Shown: piece after piece, positions 31,300-32,000 of the stretch
How the letters are laid out: each line of letters opens with the position of its first letter
Numbering within the stretch: position 1 is the first letter of the stretch
Assembly (NCBI RefSeq): GCF_016127575.1
Contig: NZ_CP066018.1
Location: forward strand, 2,640,001-2,672,000
DNA: 32,000 nucleotides
DNA from: Cupriavidus necator
GTDB taxonomy: Bacteria > Pseudomonadota > Gammaproteobacteria > Burkholderiales > Burkholderiaceae
Direction of reading: 5' to 3'
Translations under genes and position numbers: made by a program
The notes under the pieces: generated by a model
What the model was told of the DNA's origin: nothing
The model's input: only the letters and a program-made list of their open reading frames with translations
Database searches by the model: none

Positions 31300-32000
31300 T
31301 CAGGCGTCCAGCTCGGGATTGACCAGGGTCTTGTCAGAGCCGTACGGGTCCGCCGCACGCAGCACCACCACCGACACGTTGTCGCGGCCGCCGGCATCGA
31401 GCGCCATCTGCACCAGCGTCGGCGCGGCCTGCGCAACGTCCTGCTGCGCCAGCACCGCCGCGATGTCGTCATCGTCGACCTCGTTGCTCAGGCCATCGCT
31501 GCACAGCAGGTACACGTCGCCATCGGCGACCTCGGTCAGCAGCTGCTCCGGCGCCAGCGTCGGGGCCGCGCCGACGGCGCGTGTGATGGTGTTCTGCGCG
31601 GGATGGTGGCGCGCTTCTTCCGGGGTGATCAGCCCGCGCGCCAGCAGGCGCTCGACCTGGTTGTGGTCGCGCGTGAGGCGCGCGAACTGGCCGCCGCGCA
31701 GCCGGTACAGGCGGCTGTCGCCGGCCCACACGCAGGCGCAACGGCGATCGCCCGCCAGCATTACCACCACCGTGCTGCCGATGCAGCGCACGCCCAGGCG
31801 CGCCGCTTCATCGACCAGCGCCAGGTTCACGCCCTGCAGCGCCGCGCGCGTGGCGTCGACCCGGTCTTCCAGCCGGGGCTGCGGCGGCAGCGTGGCCAGC
31901 GCCTGGACCACCGCCTGGCTGGCGAAGTCTCCCACGGCATGGCCGCCCATGCCGTCGGCCACTGCCCACAGGTCCTGGCTGGGCAGATCCAGGCAAGCGT
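31300..32000 (-). CDS. PP2C-family Ser/Thr protein phosphatase (5' end beyond the right edge of the window)
   Basis: The track ORF starts at M 31962, but the frame stays open to 32000 (..ACLDLPSQDLWAVADGMGGHAVGDFAS). The ADGMGGH motif is internal in PP2C enzymes. LLCSDGLSNEV and GGRDNVSVVVL are the C-terminal PP2C motifs. Confidence 0.85.
   Translation of the reverse strand, partial: ACLDLPSQDLWAVADGMGGHAVGDFASQAVVQALATLPPQPRLEDRVDATRAALQGVNLALVDEAARLGVRCIGSTVVVMLAGDRRCACVWAGDSRLYRLRGGQFARLTRDHNQVERLLARGLITPEEARHHPAQNTITRAVGAAPTLAPEQLLTEVADGDVYLLCSDGLSNEVDDDDIAAVLAQQDVAQAAPTLVQMALDAGGRDNVSVVVLRAADPYGSDKTLVNPELDA

Noticed and set aside
1-32000. Searched by eye for CRISPR arrays, tRNA/rRNA genes, transposases, integrases, IS inverted repeats, and att-like direct repeats flanking the island.
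   Set aside because: None was found. The only sizeable repeats are the inverted peptide-locus arms and the helicase RGG tract. The island shows no obvious mobility genes within this window, and its right boundary is outside it.

Overview
High-GC (about two thirds G+C by eye) betaproteobacterial chromosome segment. Gene content and composition look like Burkholderiaceae (Cupriavidus/Ralstonia-like); this is an inference and cannot be verified here. Positions 1-12,600 are ordinary housekeeping: a partial M48 peptidase, orn, an AEC transporter, mog, yjgA, pmbA, folA-thyA, a TerC-family gene behind a probable Mn2+ (yybP-ykoY) riboswitch, an egtD/egtB ergothioneine pair, and a DEAD-box helicase with a long RGG-repeat tail. 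Positions ~12,700-32,000 (continuing past the right edge) form an accessory island that I consider the interesting part. It has six small paralogous genes encoding peptides that share a 26-aa double-glycine (GG) leader in one register. They lie in two inverted loci: four genes at 13043-14338 (-) and two at 19588-20174 (+). Each locus sits behind a near-identical sigma54 (-24/-12) promoter and a conserved 5' leader. Between the loci are a non-RD Ser/Thr kinase with a periplasmic domain, a secreted FGE-sulfatase-fold protein lacking the FGE catalytic cysteines, and two tandem DUF4399 proteins. Downstream are a NodT outer-membrane lipoprotein and an overlapping-gene operon. That operon encodes a double-FHA membrane protein, a HlyD adaptor, a cytoplasmic parvulin PPIase, a 1036-aa ABC exporter (two degenerate cNMP-binding domains + intact C39 peptidase + TMD + NBD), and a receiver-less sigma54 enhancer-binding protein. 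A convergent PP2C phosphatase follows. Together this looks like a tripartite peptidase-containing ABC (PCAT) secretion system for GG-leader peptides, under combined sigma54/EBP and Ser/Thr-phosphorylation control. I do not recognise this composite as a described system. No rRNA, tRNA, CRISPR array, transposase or integrase was seen. Many long ORFs in the track are antisense or out-of-frame artefacts of the high GC content.
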